Source: a virus (Duplodnaviria; Heunggongvirae; Uroviricota; Caudoviricetes). From it: a stretch of 25,283 nt of DNA. The stretch lies in the IMG/VR virus record IMGVR_UViG_2597490260_000006. One strand, given 5' to 3'. The stretch's first letter is position 1; each line of letters opens with the position of its first letter. Shown piece after piece: positions 10,722-20,210 of this stretch. The translations under genes were made by a program, and so were the position numbers. The notes beneath the pieces are model-generated. The model worked only from the letters and a program-made list of their open reading frames with translations. It was not told the origin of the DNA and searched no databases.

Positions 10722-11043
10722 AACGCACACCTCCGGAAATACCTTCCCCAAGATGCATCAGTTCTTCGTCCGTTCGCTCCGGTATCCCGTTCTCTTCCGG
10801 TAAAAGGCTGAAATCAGCCACCGCAGCATCACTGCTGCCGGACACCATTCTCACGATCAATGCCTTCAGCGAGGCAAACTGCGCATCCATCCACACATCA
10901 CTGAAGCTCTGCATCCGGAAATAATCGCCCCACTCACCAAGCTCAGTGGCCGACATTTCCGACAGCATCCGCCGCCAGTCTGCCCGCCGGAACTCCCGGG
11001 CAAGCCGCATGACAAACTGCATTTCCCGCGTCAGGACTTTTCC
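10693..11043 (-). CDS. T: gpT reading frame, expected to be expressed as a G-T fusion by -1 ribosomal frameshift
   Basis: ORF in the -1 frame relative to G, overlapping the last codons of G, with no independent RBS. I checked the frame by hand: at the coding-strand sequence CCG GAA AAG TCC TGA, stepping back one base reads GGA AAA GTC CTG ACG CGG GAA ATG CAG... and runs to the stop at 10693. Confidence 0.7.
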   Translation of the reverse strand, partial: GKVLTREMQFVMRLAREFRRADWRRMLSEMSATELGEWGDYFRMQSFSDVWMDAQFASLKALIVRMVSGSSDAAVADFSLLPEENGIPERTDEELMHLGEGISGGVRYGPDSQPGH

Positions 11044-11417
11044 GGCGTCAGCACCTCATGCTCCAAATCCCCGGCATTATCAATGGCCCCCATACCGCTC
11101 AGCGACAGAACCATCTCCGCCCCCGCACCCAGGGCATCATACGACCATGTTGTAATAACGGATGCGCAAAGCGTCTCTACATCCTTAGACTGATCCGCAT
11201 TCCACAGTGAGCGGGAAACCAGCCAGGCATTGATATCCATCCCCATCCGCAGAAAAGCAATCTGTCGTTCAGCCTCCGGCAGTTCTCCCTCACCGGCATC
11301 AAACTTTGCCGTTCGCTGCTGAACAAACGCCAGATATTCAATTCTCTGCAACCCGGACAGCTCACTGAGCACCACGGACTGTTTTTCATAATTAAACGTG
11401 CCCTGTTTCAGAAACAT
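11031..11417 (-). CDS. G: Tail assembly chaperone G
   Basis: Start taken at the second of two adjacent ATGs (MFLKQGTFNYEKQSVVLSELSGLQRIEYLAF...), GGAG about 6 nt upstream; resembles recalled lambda gpG; lies between V and H. Confidence 0.8.
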   Translation of the reverse strand: MFLKQGTFNYEKQSVVLSELSGLQRIEYLAFVQQRTAKFDAGEGELPEAERQIAFLRMGMDINAWLVSRSLWNADQSKDVETLCASVITTWSYDALGAGAEMVLSLSGMGAIDNAGDLEHEVLTPEKS

Positions 11418-11433
11418 CATGTTCTCCACCTGC

Positions 11434-11457
11434 AAAAAAGCCCCGGATAACCGGGGC
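11434..11457 (-). terminator. Intrinsic terminator between V and G
   Basis: Minus strand reads GCCCCGG-UUAU-CCGGGGC followed by TTTTTTG, 20 nt after the V stop. Confidence 0.6.
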
Positions 11458-11477
11458 AAATGATGAGTATCGTCCTG

Positions 11478-12221
11478 TTAACCTGCGGCGCTGACAGTCA
11501 CCGCAGCCACAGCCACAAAATTCCCGTCAGCGGTCATGCCCACAATGCTGACACTGCCCTGCTTCACGCCTTTCACCGTGGCCACAAGCCCGTTCAGGGT
11601 CACCGTGGCAGTCTGTGGATCTGACGAATGCACACTGATCGCTTTGTCACTGGCTCCGTCAGGTTTTACTGTAAAGGTCAGCGTGGTGGTTGCTCCCACT
11701 TTTACACTGGCAGATGCCGGTGCCACCGTCAGCCCGGTAACGCTCACTGTTTCAGTGCCTTCCTCTGCCAGATACGGACGCCCCACACCGCTGATTTTCA
11801 CAGTGCGGGTCATCACGTCTTTTGAGGCAATGGTTTTACCCAGTGAACTCAGCCAGCCACGGAAAACATCAACAGTACCGTTGGGATATTTGATACGAAA
11901 CGCGCAGACTTCACCGGAGTCGAACAACTGAACCAGTTTTTTCTGCCCGCTGTCACCCGGACGCCAGGCCAGCGTCGCCGAAGTATCACCGACTGATTTC
12001 TGCCCCTGGGTTGTCGTTTTCCAGTCTGCATCTTCATCATCGAGATAAGTATCATCTTCTGCATCAGCGGTCATTTCGCCAGGTTGCAGATCCTTCACCA
12101 TCGCAAGACGCAGCCAGTCAGTGTCCGACAAAGGGTTCGCAAATGCGTCGCCGTTGCCGGTATACATCCAGAACGTCGTCCCCGCACCTTTCGTCTTTGC
12201 CAGTGGATTTGGTGTGGTCAT
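11478..12221 (-). CDS. V: Major tail protein V
   Basis: Start moved to the ATG at 12221 (MTTPNPLAKTKGAGTTFWMYTGNGDAFANPLSD...), which has GGAGGTGGCA immediately upstream and lies just after the U stop. Resembles recalled lambda gpV, including a C-terminal Ig-like region. Confidence 0.9.
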   Translation of the reverse strand: MTTPNPLAKTKGAGTTFWMYTGNGDAFANPLSDTDWLRLAMVKDLQPGEMTADAEDDTYLDDEDADWKTTTQGQKSVGDTSATLAWRPGDSGQKKLVQLFDSGEVCAFRIKYPNGTVDVFRGWLSSLGKTIASKDVMTRTVKISGVGRPYLAEEGTETVSVTGLTVAPASASVKVGATTTLTFTVKPDGASDKAISVHSSDPQTATVTLNGLVATVKGVKQGSVSIVGMTADGNFVAVAAVTVSAAG

Positions 12222-12231
12222 TGCCACCTCC

Positions 12232-12633
12232 TTAATTCGTGTACGTGATCTGGTACGTGATTTCCGCCATCGCCCAGGTGGCCATCTCATTATCACGTTG
12301 ATAGTTAAAACCGAGTGGGATCAGGGTGTCGATGAGTCCGGAAAGTGCCGGTACATCATTCAGGGCCGGGAAAATGGTGCTCTCCATCCACATATCCAGC
12401 TCTGAATCCGGTGCCTGTGCCCGGATGAAGACAGCAATATGCAGAACAGCCTGCCAGTCATCTTCATCCGTCATTTTTCCGGTGTACTGAGCATCACTCA
12501 GCCACACCGCCACGGCAGGCAGTTCCTGCGCATCAACAAATGCCGGAAGCCCGTCAAAAAACGTGGCGCTGTCTCCACACTGTTCCCGAAGGCGTGCCAG
12601 TACGACCTGGCGGATTTGTGTATGTCGGTTCAT
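12232..12633 (-). CDS. U: Tail terminator protein U
   Basis: Resembles recalled lambda gpU (...ATFFDGLPAFVDAQELPAVAVWL..., ...PDSELDMWMES...). Start placed at the ATG overlapping the Z stop (ATGA); the alternative ATG at 12645 has only a 2-3 nt spacer to GAGG. Confidence 0.85.
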   Translation of the reverse strand: MNRHTQIRQVVLARLREQCGDSATFFDGLPAFVDAQELPAVAVWLSDAQYTGKMTDEDDWQAVLHIAVFIRAQAPDSELDMWMESTIFPALNDVPALSGLIDTLIPLGFNYQRDNEMATWAMAEITYQITYTN

Positions 12634-13208
12634 CGGGTCAGCCATAACCTCAGTTGTTGTTTCAGTGCATACCCCAGCTGTTTCGGCATTTCCGCAGCAA
12701 TGATGCGGTCGCGGGCATCTTCAAATGCCTGTGTCAGCGGTCCGGACAGCGGGATTTTCACCACATCAATGGGGTAACGATTTTTGCCATCAATACGCCG
12801 CATCACATGCCAGCGACCATTCGCCAGTTGCTGAATAAACGCATCCCGGAAAAGATATTTACCCACCTTCAGCACACTGCCACGGTACTGCAGTTTTCCA
12901 CCACGCCGGGCCAGTCTGACCCGGGCTGTCCCCAGCTTAATGGCGGGAAGATTGCCCCGGTTAACGCGGATCCTGGCCGTCATTTTTCCTGACGGACTGG
13001 CTTTAAACACCCGGACACGCTGACGTACCAGTTTCAGGGGGATCCCTTTCACCTGGTTATCTCCCGCAACGGTATTCCCGGCAACCTGCCGGGTGGCAAC
13101 CGAGACCGCTTTCTGTGCCACACGGTTTATCGCCCATGCGCTGGCCTGTGGCACCATACGGGTATCAAGGCTGTTCAGATTGCGGATGGCATTCTCAAGC
13201 CCCTTCAT
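12630..13208 (-). CDS. Z: Minor tail protein Z
   Basis: 192 aa; MKGLENAIRNLNSLDTRMVP...GNLPAIKLGTARV...FIQQLANGRWHVMRRIDGKNRYPIDVVKIPLSGPL... resembles recalled lambda gpZ and is the same length. Confidence 0.85.
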   Translation of the reverse strand: MKGLENAIRNLNSLDTRMVPQASAWAINRVAQKAVSVATRQVAGNTVAGDNQVKGIPLKLVRQRVRVFKASPSGKMTARIRVNRGNLPAIKLGTARVRLARRGGKLQYRGSVLKVGKYLFRDAFIQQLANGRWHVMRRIDGKNRYPIDVVKIPLSGPLTQAFEDARDRIIAAEMPKQLGYALKQQLRLWLTR

Positions 13209-13219
13209 CCCACACCTCT

Positions 13220-13495
13220 TTACTCAATAAAGATCATTGGCTTACCGTTAAAGCGTTCATGCCGTGTGACCGTCCATTGTTGTCCGTCATAAACAACGCG
13301 ATCCCCGCGCCGTGGGCGGTATCCCGAAGAAAACACCACCAGAGAGACCGCAGGTCCGGACAGAGCATTCAGCTCTGCCAGTGTTTCTCCCGGGATCACA
13401 GCCATATCGACATCATTAATCGAGGCTGTCTTTCCCATCTTTCTGACCGTGATCGCATCCATACGCGCTGCCAACCGGGAAAAGGGATCAGACAT
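13220..13495 (-). CDS. Head-tail joining protein, FII-like
   Basis: 91 aa directly upstream of Z; segment RRGDRVVYDGQQWTVTRH resembles the recalled lambda gpFII region RRGDTLTIGEENFWVDRV. Position matches FII in the lambda order. Confidence 0.6.
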   Translation of the reverse strand: MSDPFSRLAARMDAITVRKMGKTASINDVDMAVIPGETLAELNALSGPAVSLVVFSSGYRPRRGDRVVYDGQQWTVTRHERFNGKPMIFIE

Positions 13496-13811
13496 TGAGT
13501 TTTACCGGCACTTCTTCTGCACTGGTTCCGGCATCTGCCCAGACAACCCCGACCAGCGGATCAGAGCCGCTGTTAGTCAGCTGAACTTTTCCGGACTTCA
13601 GATAAACCTTCTTACCCGTTTTCATGTCATCCGTTTTCAGCTTAGGCAGCATAAACACACCTTCGGTCATGCCGTCGCCTGTTTCACCCTGTGGAATATC
13701 GGTCAGCGCCACCGCAAAAACATCGCCCACCTGCACCAGATCTCCGCTGCTGATGGCTGCACTGGCAACAATCGCCACCGTTTTTCCTTCTTCTACAAAA
13801 TTCTTTGCCAT
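13488..13811 (-). CDS. Small head-associated protein of unknown function (possible decoration or head completion protein)
   Basis: Start placed at the ATG at 13811 (MAKNFVEEGKTVAIV...), GGAG 7 nt upstream. Occupies the slot right after the major capsid gene. No similarity to lambda D or FI that I can recognise; family assignment is a guess. Confidence 0.6.
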   Translation of the reverse strand: MAKNFVEEGKTVAIVASAAISSGDLVQVGDVFAVALTDIPQGETGDGMTEGVFMLPKLKTDDMKTGKKVYLKSGKVQLTNSGSDPLVGVVWADAGTSAEEVPVKLNV

Positions 13812-13824
13812 AACTGTCTCCGCA

Positions 13825-13873
13825 CAGCCCCGTTCAGGGGCTGATTTCAGGTACAAAAAAAGCCCTTACGGGC
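13825..13873 (-). terminator. Two hairpins after the capsid gene, the first a terminator-like GNRA hairpin with U-tract
   Basis: Minus strand reads GCCC-GUAA-GGGC followed by TTTTTTTG (13855-13873), then CAGCCCC-UGAAC-GGGGCUG (13825-13843), 14 nt before the next start codon. Confidence 0.5.
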
Positions 13874-13897
13874 CATCAGAGTTGTTGTCTGCGACGT

Positions 13898-15856
13898 TTA
13901 CGCCGTACATTTCACCAGACCGCGGTGATCAACTGGCGCGACACCGGCGTCAATACGCACTTTCGTTGTCACGCCATCCACACTGAAGCCCTCCATCTGA
14001 TCAATATATGGCGTATCCACACCGTTGAGATAAGCCACTTCAATCGTATCGGAGCCTTTGGACGCAGCCAGGTAGAAAGTGGTCTGGCTGTTATCATCAA
14101 GACGAGGCTCTGCAATAACGGTCGCAAAATCTTTCACCGGGTTAATAATACCGGCGTTAATGTCAGCCCCCTTGACACTTGAGGAGCGAATGACCTGGTT
14201 AGCAACAGACTCCATCGCCGTCGGTACCAGTACGAACGCAGGACGAATATTCAGATGACGCTCCCCCTCTTTCTGAACGCGCATCAACTGGCGGGCTTTA
14301 TCCAGCGATGCCACGTCCATTGCAGCGCTCTCCAGTACGTTTGCATGTTTCGCTTTATCGAACAGACTTACATTATCTGTGGAGATTTTCGGGTTAGACG
14401 TCAGAATGGCATAAACCAGATCGGCAATAGTGGATTTCGCCGCACGGCCCAGTTTCATCGGGACATCGGTCAGCATATTCAGATCATCATTGATAATGGC
14501 CTGACGGGTGATACTGAACAGCTCGCCATAGGTCGCCAGTGCAATAGTGGCCTGTTTATCTCCGGTGGTGACGTATTTATATTCCGCCCCTTCACGCACC
14601 TTACGCAGAGCACTGAAGCCCCCCATACCCACACGATGGGCAATTTTAAAATCAGACAACTGACCTTTCCGCGTCCACTGTTCATAGGTTTCAGGGGCAT
14701 CTTCCCAGCCCTGCAGAATGGCTTTGTTCGCAACATCCAGCAGAATATTACCGAAGTCAGACGTACTGTGTGTGAACGCCGCACCGACCATCTGCATCGG
14801 GTTATAACTGGAAACACCAATACCCCGTTCAGTCAGTGACATACGGGCATATTCACGCAGAGTCATCCCGTTGTAGACATTATCACGTTCGGTTTTTTCA
14901 AATCCGGCACGCGCCATCAGCGCCTGGCGGATCCCGTCCCCCACAAAATTACCGTTACCGGCATAAATATGAGCCGGGGTATTTTTATTGGATGGCGTGG
15001 ACTCGCGCCCCATCTCGTTCAACAGCTTTTCGCGGGCCTGCTCCAGCGAACATTCAGGATCGGCAAGGCACTGAGCCTGCAGCGTCTGATAACGCCCGCC
15101 AAACATGGCAAACAGATCATTAATACCGTTTACACGCGCTTTTTGCTCTGCCAGTACCTGCGCACGGATACTGTTTTCATCCAGCACGGGTGCTGCTGCC
15201 TGCACTGGCGTCCGGGAGGCTGCAGGTTCATTATCCTGTACGCGTGGAGCACTGTTACGTGGCGGAGTAATCATGTTTCGAATGGATTCCGGCATCTTTT
15301 TAAATTCCTCTGTACGTTTTGACTGAATACATGCCATTGCCTTAACGGCTGGCGTCACCTGATCAGCAAATCCCTGTGCCAGACATTCGGCACCGGACAT
15401 CCAGGTCTCATCCGCCAGCATGGCAGCAATTTCATCGGTGGTTTTCCCGGTTTTCTGTGCATAAGCGGGTAACAGAACCGCCTCAACTTTATCGAGCAGG
15501 TCGGCATAGGTGCGCATGTCCTCCGCATCACCGCCCGTAAAGCCAAATGGTTTATGAATCATCATGAAGGTGTTTTCCGGCATAATGACCGGGTTTCCCA
15601 CCATCGCAATGACCGACGCCATTGACGCCGCCACACCGTCGACATAAACGGTAATGGACGCACCATGTGTTTTCAGTGCATTAAAAATGGCGATGCCTTC
15701 AAAGACATCGCCACCCGGTGAATTGATATGGAGATTAATGTGGGTGATATCGCCCAGTGCATTCAGATCACTGATAAACTGCTTCGCCGTAACACCCCAG
15801 AAACCAATCTCGTCATAAATATAAATATCCGCATCACTCTGGTGACCAGCCTGCAT
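13898..15856 (-). CDS. Fused prohead protease (ClpP-like) - scaffold - major capsid protein
   Basis: Start placed at the first ATG after the portal stop (MQAGHQSDADIYIYDEIGFWG...), about 652 aa. N-terminal region has ClpP-type motifs (HINSPGGDVFEG, AASMASVIA, MMIHKP). It is followed by a Gln/Ala/Glu-rich linker and a long C-terminal domain in the position and size of a major capsid protein. Confidence 0.75.
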   Translation of the reverse strand: MQAGHQSDADIYIYDEIGFWGVTAKQFISDLNALGDITHINLHINSPGGDVFEGIAIFNALKTHGASITVYVDGVAASMASVIAMVGNPVIMPENTFMMIHKPFGFTGGDAEDMRTYADLLDKVEAVLLPAYAQKTGKTTDEIAAMLADETWMSGAECLAQGFADQVTPAVKAMACIQSKRTEEFKKMPESIRNMITPPRNSAPRVQDNEPAASRTPVQAAAPVLDENSIRAQVLAEQKARVNGINDLFAMFGGRYQTLQAQCLADPECSLEQAREKLLNEMGRESTPSNKNTPAHIYAGNGNFVGDGIRQALMARAGFEKTERDNVYNGMTLREYARMSLTERGIGVSSYNPMQMVGAAFTHSTSDFGNILLDVANKAILQGWEDAPETYEQWTRKGQLSDFKIAHRVGMGGFSALRKVREGAEYKYVTTGDKQATIALATYGELFSITRQAIINDDLNMLTDVPMKLGRAAKSTIADLVYAILTSNPKISTDNVSLFDKAKHANVLESAAMDVASLDKARQLMRVQKEGERHLNIRPAFVLVPTAMESVANQVIRSSSVKGADINAGIINPVKDFATVIAEPRLDDNSQTTFYLAASKGSDTIEVAYLNGVDTPYIDQMEGFSVDGVTTKVRIDAGVAPVDHRGLVKCTA

Positions 15857-15869
15857 CCTGAACCAGGAA

Positions 15870-17378
15870 TTATTCTTCGGACTGGTTGTTGGTGTGCTGC
15901 GGCTCCTGTCGTTTCGTTGCGGCACTGCTGCCTCCTTTATCACTGGCCGGATCGGTATCAAATACCAGATCCAGCTTGCGGTTTTCATCAATTTCGGCCT
16001 TGCGCCGACGTTTGACATCATCCGGATTACGACCACCAGCACGTACCCAGTCTGATTCTGTCGCCGCTCCACCACGAATCTGGATTTTCCAGGCCTCAGC
16101 CTCCTTAACAGGGTCAATCCACGGCATCACCGGTCCGGAATACACCGCGGTATACAGTGAAGAACGGTCAAGATCGCGGGGTAGCCTGATAACACCGGAT
16201 GCCACAGCCTGTTTCAGCCAGGCACGGTACATCGGGCGGGTGACGGCACCAATAAACCAGTCCTGCAGGATCAGGTAGCCATCAGTGGATTCAACCAGCT
16301 CCTGACGCTGGGCGCTGTAAGTGCCGTTATAGTTGCGCGCTGTACTGGAAAAACTCAGACGACTGCCAGCCGCCACGGCACGCAACTGACCATTACGAAA
16401 AGTTTCAAGGTTAGGATTGGGACGATCCGACTTCACCATTCCGATTTCTTCGCCGGGTTTCAGATCGTCGTAAATAATGCCTGGCTGAATGGTAAGCTCG
16501 CGTTCATTCTCCTTGCTGTCATTACCATCCGTTTCATAGCTCTGTCCGTCGCCTTTCCGGATGTACATCCCCAGAGCAGCGGCGATCCTTGCTGCAGTCA
16601 GCTCAGAATCTTCATACTCTTTCAGGGCGCTGAGGCGGATCAGCACACCGGACAATAAAGACGTCCCGCGCATCTGGTGCAGACGGCGAACAAATTTAAG
16701 ATGCAGCATTCGCTCTGCATCCACTTCTTTGGTTTCCATCTGCCGTCCGGATACAGGACGACTTTTATACACCAGATATTTTTCGGGACGCCCCCAGTCA
16801 TCAACAAACACGCCCTGATTCAGCCTGTTGCTCTCATCACTGGTCATGGGAATAAAGTCCGGCTCGAGCGCCTCCAGCCAGAAATGAACACCGGCAGAAG
16901 GCGTCAGGCTGTTTATGCGCCCGGAAACCATCTGGGCAAACACCTCACCATCGCGCAGCCAGGTACGCAGCATCAGACGTTCCAGCATCGGACGGGTAAA
17001 CTGCCCGGTGACTTCCGGACTGACAGACCATTCACTCCATCGGGTACGTATCTCCGCTGCCAGGTCACGGGCAATGGCACCATTGCGTAATACCGGATGT
17101 GGCTCGACAATAATCCCGTTTTTCCCCACCACCCGTTCTTCCAGCTTGTCAAATACACCAATGACCAGATCGTGGTTGTTATCAAGGTAACGGGCCTGCT
17201 CACGTAACGACACGGCCCCGTACTGGCTTAACTGGTCGGCAGTTCGGTTCTCCCGTCGGGCTTTGTGTGTCCGCGTCGTTTTTACGGCCTCATAAGCTTG
17301 GATCACCGCTCGGGAACGCAGCCTTGCCGCTTTCCATCCTGGTGAAAAAACGCCAATCACATCATCAAGAATTGCCAT
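15870..17378 (-). CDS. Portal protein
   Basis: Start placed at the ATG at 17378 (MAILDDVIGVFSPGWKAARLRS...), which shares one base with the W-like stop (TGATG) and has GAGG 5 nt upstream. About 502 aa between the W-like gene and the protease-capsid gene. Confidence 0.8.
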   Translation of the reverse strand: MAILDDVIGVFSPGWKAARLRSRAVIQAYEAVKTTRTHKARRENRTADQLSQYGAVSLREQARYLDNNHDLVIGVFDKLEERVVGKNGIIVEPHPVLRNGAIARDLAAEIRTRWSEWSVSPEVTGQFTRPMLERLMLRTWLRDGEVFAQMVSGRINSLTPSAGVHFWLEALEPDFIPMTSDESNRLNQGVFVDDWGRPEKYLVYKSRPVSGRQMETKEVDAERMLHLKFVRRLHQMRGTSLLSGVLIRLSALKEYEDSELTAARIAAALGMYIRKGDGQSYETDGNDSKENERELTIQPGIIYDDLKPGEEIGMVKSDRPNPNLETFRNGQLRAVAAGSRLSFSSTARNYNGTYSAQRQELVESTDGYLILQDWFIGAVTRPMYRAWLKQAVASGVIRLPRDLDRSSLYTAVYSGPVMPWIDPVKEAEAWKIQIRGGAATESDWVRAGGRNPDDVKRRRKAEIDENRKLDLVFDTDPASDKGGSSAATKRQEPQHTNNQSEE

Positions 17379-17596
17379 CAGAACCTCGCCAGCCGGTACC
17401 CGGGATGCCCCCGTCGTCGTGTAATCAGAGCCGCAAGGCGGCGCTCCCACTCCTGCCGCCCCTGCCGGATCTCAGATAAGTTTTCCATGGTCATCTGCTG
17501 ACCATTAAAAGTGACGGATTTTCCGTCCAGCACTGCCATTTCAGCTTCCGTATAACGCTGAATCATGGCTTCAATATCATTCTGATTCATAACCAT
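17378..17596 (-). CDS. Head-tail joining protein, gpW-like
   Basis: 72 aa immediately after the terminase large subunit; C-terminal RRRG motif as in recalled lambda gpW (...TGMTQRRRGPAGF...). Confidence 0.6.
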   Translation of the reverse strand: MVMNQNDIEAMIQRYTEAEMAVLDGKSVTFNGQQMTMENLSEIRQGRQEWERRLAALITRRRGHPGYRLARF

Positions 17597-19689
17597 CCTC
17601 CGGAAGTCAGCCAGGGGTTAACATCGTCAGTTACTGTTTTCTTCCGTTTTTGTTTTTTAACAGGCGTGGATACCGGTTCCGGTGTGGGTGACGGTTCGGT
17701 ACTGTCCGGGACACACTCCAGCCAGGTTTCCCGGCTCGCCCACTCCGGTGCATCCGGCCAGCGGATCTTTTCGTATCCATGCAGAATGACCAGAGCCTCG
17801 GCATACACCATCAGGTCAAAAGCTTCGTTGGCACCGCGACCCGGCTTACTCCATTTCCCGTCACTGCTCCGCTCTTCATACGTCAGTTCGTCGTAAAACC
17901 AGCTCCCCAGCCAGTCAGGGAAATGCACATAGCCGGGACCTGGCGAGTCACGCCATAACGCGTTATTCACCCGGTCTTTCAGGGCATCCGTCTGAAGAAG
18001 CCAGAGCGGTACATCACCTGCGGCCTGCGCCCGTCGGCCCGTTCGTCCGGTGTTATCAGGGAATGTACGGGTGATCAGTTTTGCGCGCCGGATGCTGTCG
18101 CCCTTAAACAGGTAAATACGTTTACCAAGGCCATCACGACGGCAACGACGCCAGAATTTATAGGCATTATCAGTGACCCCGTCTTCACCGCCGGAGTCCA
18201 CCGCCATTGCCATCAGTCGCATTTGTTGAGAAGGATCGGAGGCCAGCGGCCAGCTTTTATGAAAAACATCCGTCAGCAGGACATCCCAGTCTTCCGGATA
18301 GCTGGCCGGATCAATTCGCTGGCTCTCCCCGTCGCTGTCACCGCGCAATGACTGCGTGATGTTGTAACGATCAATAATCCAGCGTTCGCCACGGCTGCCA
18401 TAGCCCGTTACCTGAACCACAAAACGGCGATGAAGTCCCGCCTGCACATCCACTGTCGCCACAAGGAAATTAACGCCATCCGGAACACTGCGGGAAGGAA
18501 CTGGCTCTGCCCGCTGCTCAAGCAATTCACTTTTTCGTTGCTCCATGCTGGCGCGGGGAAGATAAGGTAATCCCCAGTCGGTATTGATAACCGTCTTGAG
18601 TGTCTCTTCACTTCCGGTTGTCTCGTATTCCTGTTCTGCAGTAAGCAGTTTGTAAACGAGTTGCGAGAGTGTCTGATAAGCAGCTGCCGGCCCCTCCATC
18701 CAGAATGACGCAATACGTGAACGCCGGGGATCACCATAACGACTGCCATCTGCATTGATGGATTCACCATCCCGTAACCAGACCCCACGTCCGTTCAGCT
18801 CGCGTTTTTGTTCAGGCAAAATCCGTCCTGAACAGGAAGGACACTGAATATAAGCCGCCTCACTTGCCAGCACAGGATCGGCAATATCACGGAAACCAGC
18901 AACCACATCGCCGCAGGGCTGAAAATACTCACCACAGTGTGGACAGGGCCAGTACCAGCGACGGCGATCGCCACGGTTATAGAGCGACAGGATCCCCGTG
19001 GTTGGTGGAGCCTCATGCGGTGAAGTCCGTCGCCATTTCACATCCTTCACATCCCTGCCGGGGGAACTCTCCACCAGCGTCATACCACTGGACATAAATG
19101 TGGTGGTACGTTTTGAGGCAAGAGAGAAGGCATCCCCCTCACCATCAATATCTTCCGGAAAACGGTCATAATCCGTCAGCGCCACGCATTTATAATCTGA
19201 TGAAGACATGATATTGACTGACGGCCAGCCGATTTTCAGGTAGTTGCCAGCAAGGAATGTTCTGTCATAAACGTTGTTGTCATTTTTGTTCGGACTCAGG
19301 CGACTGACCACTTCCGGGCTGACGCGAAACGTTCTGGCGAGTCGTTTTTTGGAGTGTTCGCGGGCTTTTTCCTCCGTCATCTGAATGATCAGCATATCAG
19401 CAGGATCGCAAATCACGTTGTAAATCACCCAGCCGTCAATCAGGCCGATAGTCTTGCCGGTTCGTGCCGGGCCAACAAATATCACTGCGTCGTATTCACG
19501 CGAGGCCAGGCAGTTCATAGGCTCAATAACATACGGTGCCACCAGCGGATCCCACGGGACTGAGTTCCCTGCCCCCATGGGCACCCGCATATACTGAGCA
19601 ACGGCATCAGCAACCCGCATTCGTCTCGGTGCGCGAAGGATATAACCTGAATCGGTTCGTGCTGCCTTTGCGGTTTCCTGATTCAGCAT
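17587..19689 (-). CDS. Terminase large subunit (GpA-like)
   Basis: 700 aa; Walker A-like VGPARTGKT near the N-terminus; Cys pairs CPHCG...CPSC; start codon overlaps the stop of the upstream small-subunit gene. Confidence 0.85.
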   Translation of the reverse strand: MLNQETAKAARTDSGYILRAPRRMRVADAVAQYMRVPMGAGNSVPWDPLVAPYVIEPMNCLASREYDAVIFVGPARTGKTIGLIDGWVIYNVICDPADMLIIQMTEEKAREHSKKRLARTFRVSPEVVSRLSPNKNDNNVYDRTFLAGNYLKIGWPSVNIMSSSDYKCVALTDYDRFPEDIDGEGDAFSLASKRTTTFMSSGMTLVESSPGRDVKDVKWRRTSPHEAPPTTGILSLYNRGDRRRWYWPCPHCGEYFQPCGDVVAGFRDIADPVLASEAAYIQCPSCSGRILPEQKRELNGRGVWLRDGESINADGSRYGDPRRSRIASFWMEGPAAAYQTLSQLVYKLLTAEQEYETTGSEETLKTVINTDWGLPYLPRASMEQRKSELLEQRAEPVPSRSVPDGVNFLVATVDVQAGLHRRFVVQVTGYGSRGERWIIDRYNITQSLRGDSDGESQRIDPASYPEDWDVLLTDVFHKSWPLASDPSQQMRLMAMAVDSGGEDGVTDNAYKFWRRCRRDGLGKRIYLFKGDSIRRAKLITRTFPDNTGRTGRRAQAAGDVPLWLLQTDALKDRVNNALWRDSPGPGYVHFPDWLGSWFYDELTYEERSSDGKWSKPGRGANEAFDLMVYAEALVILHGYEKIRWPDAPEWASRETWLECVPDSTEPSPTPEPVSTPVKKQKRKKTVTDDVNPWLTSGGWL

Positions 19690-20180
19690 TACTCCTCCTG
19701 CTGTAATTCCTCCTCATCATCCGCACCTGCTTCGGTCACCCGCAGGGCTATCTGATCGCGCAGATCATCAATAATGGACTGAACACGGCTCACAGCGGCA
19801 GGCTGCAGGCCGCAGTCACGTTCCAGAATATCCGGTAATGTCTCCAGCACCTGCACGACCGCTTTTGCCCAGATGGCAAACTCCCGTCTGACATCACTGG
19901 CCGGAATGAGTTGTGCCGTTTCCTGTTCGAACTTAAGACGCTCACGTTCAGACTGATACCAGGCTTTGCGTTCATGTGGATCCATTTCGCCCTCAGCAAC
20001 CGGCGGTGGTAACCCCATAAATTCAGTCAGAATATCGGTCAACCGGTATAGCTTGAGTTTGTCATGTCCACCAGCGGGACGAATGTTTTTCAGTCTTGCC
20101 ACGACAGTCTGGCGGTGCAGACCAGATAAAGCCGCCAGTTGATTAATATTCAGCATCAGGTTTTTCAACTCATGATCCAT
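19689..20180 (-). CDS. Terminase small subunit (Nu1-like)
   Basis: 163 aa; N-terminal helix-turn-helix-like segment LNINQLAALSGLHRQTVVARLKN; acidic C-terminus; GGAGG upstream of the ATG; sits directly upstream of the large subunit and downstream of the candidate cos site. Confidence 0.75.
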   Translation of the reverse strand: MDHELKNLMLNINQLAALSGLHRQTVVARLKNIRPAGGHDKLKLYRLTDILTEFMGLPPPVAEGEMDPHERKAWYQSERERLKFEQETAQLIPASDVRREFAIWAKAVVQVLETLPDILERDCGLQPAAVSRVQSIIDDLRDQIALRVTEAGADDEEELQQEE

Positions 20181-20210
20181 ATTTCCTCCGGAGAGCTTTA
20201 AACATGCATC

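Noticed and set aside
14255-15322. Plus-strand ORFs (194, 95, 117 aa) inside the protease-capsid gene
   Set aside because: Antisense to a gene with clear protease motifs; translations are low complexity.
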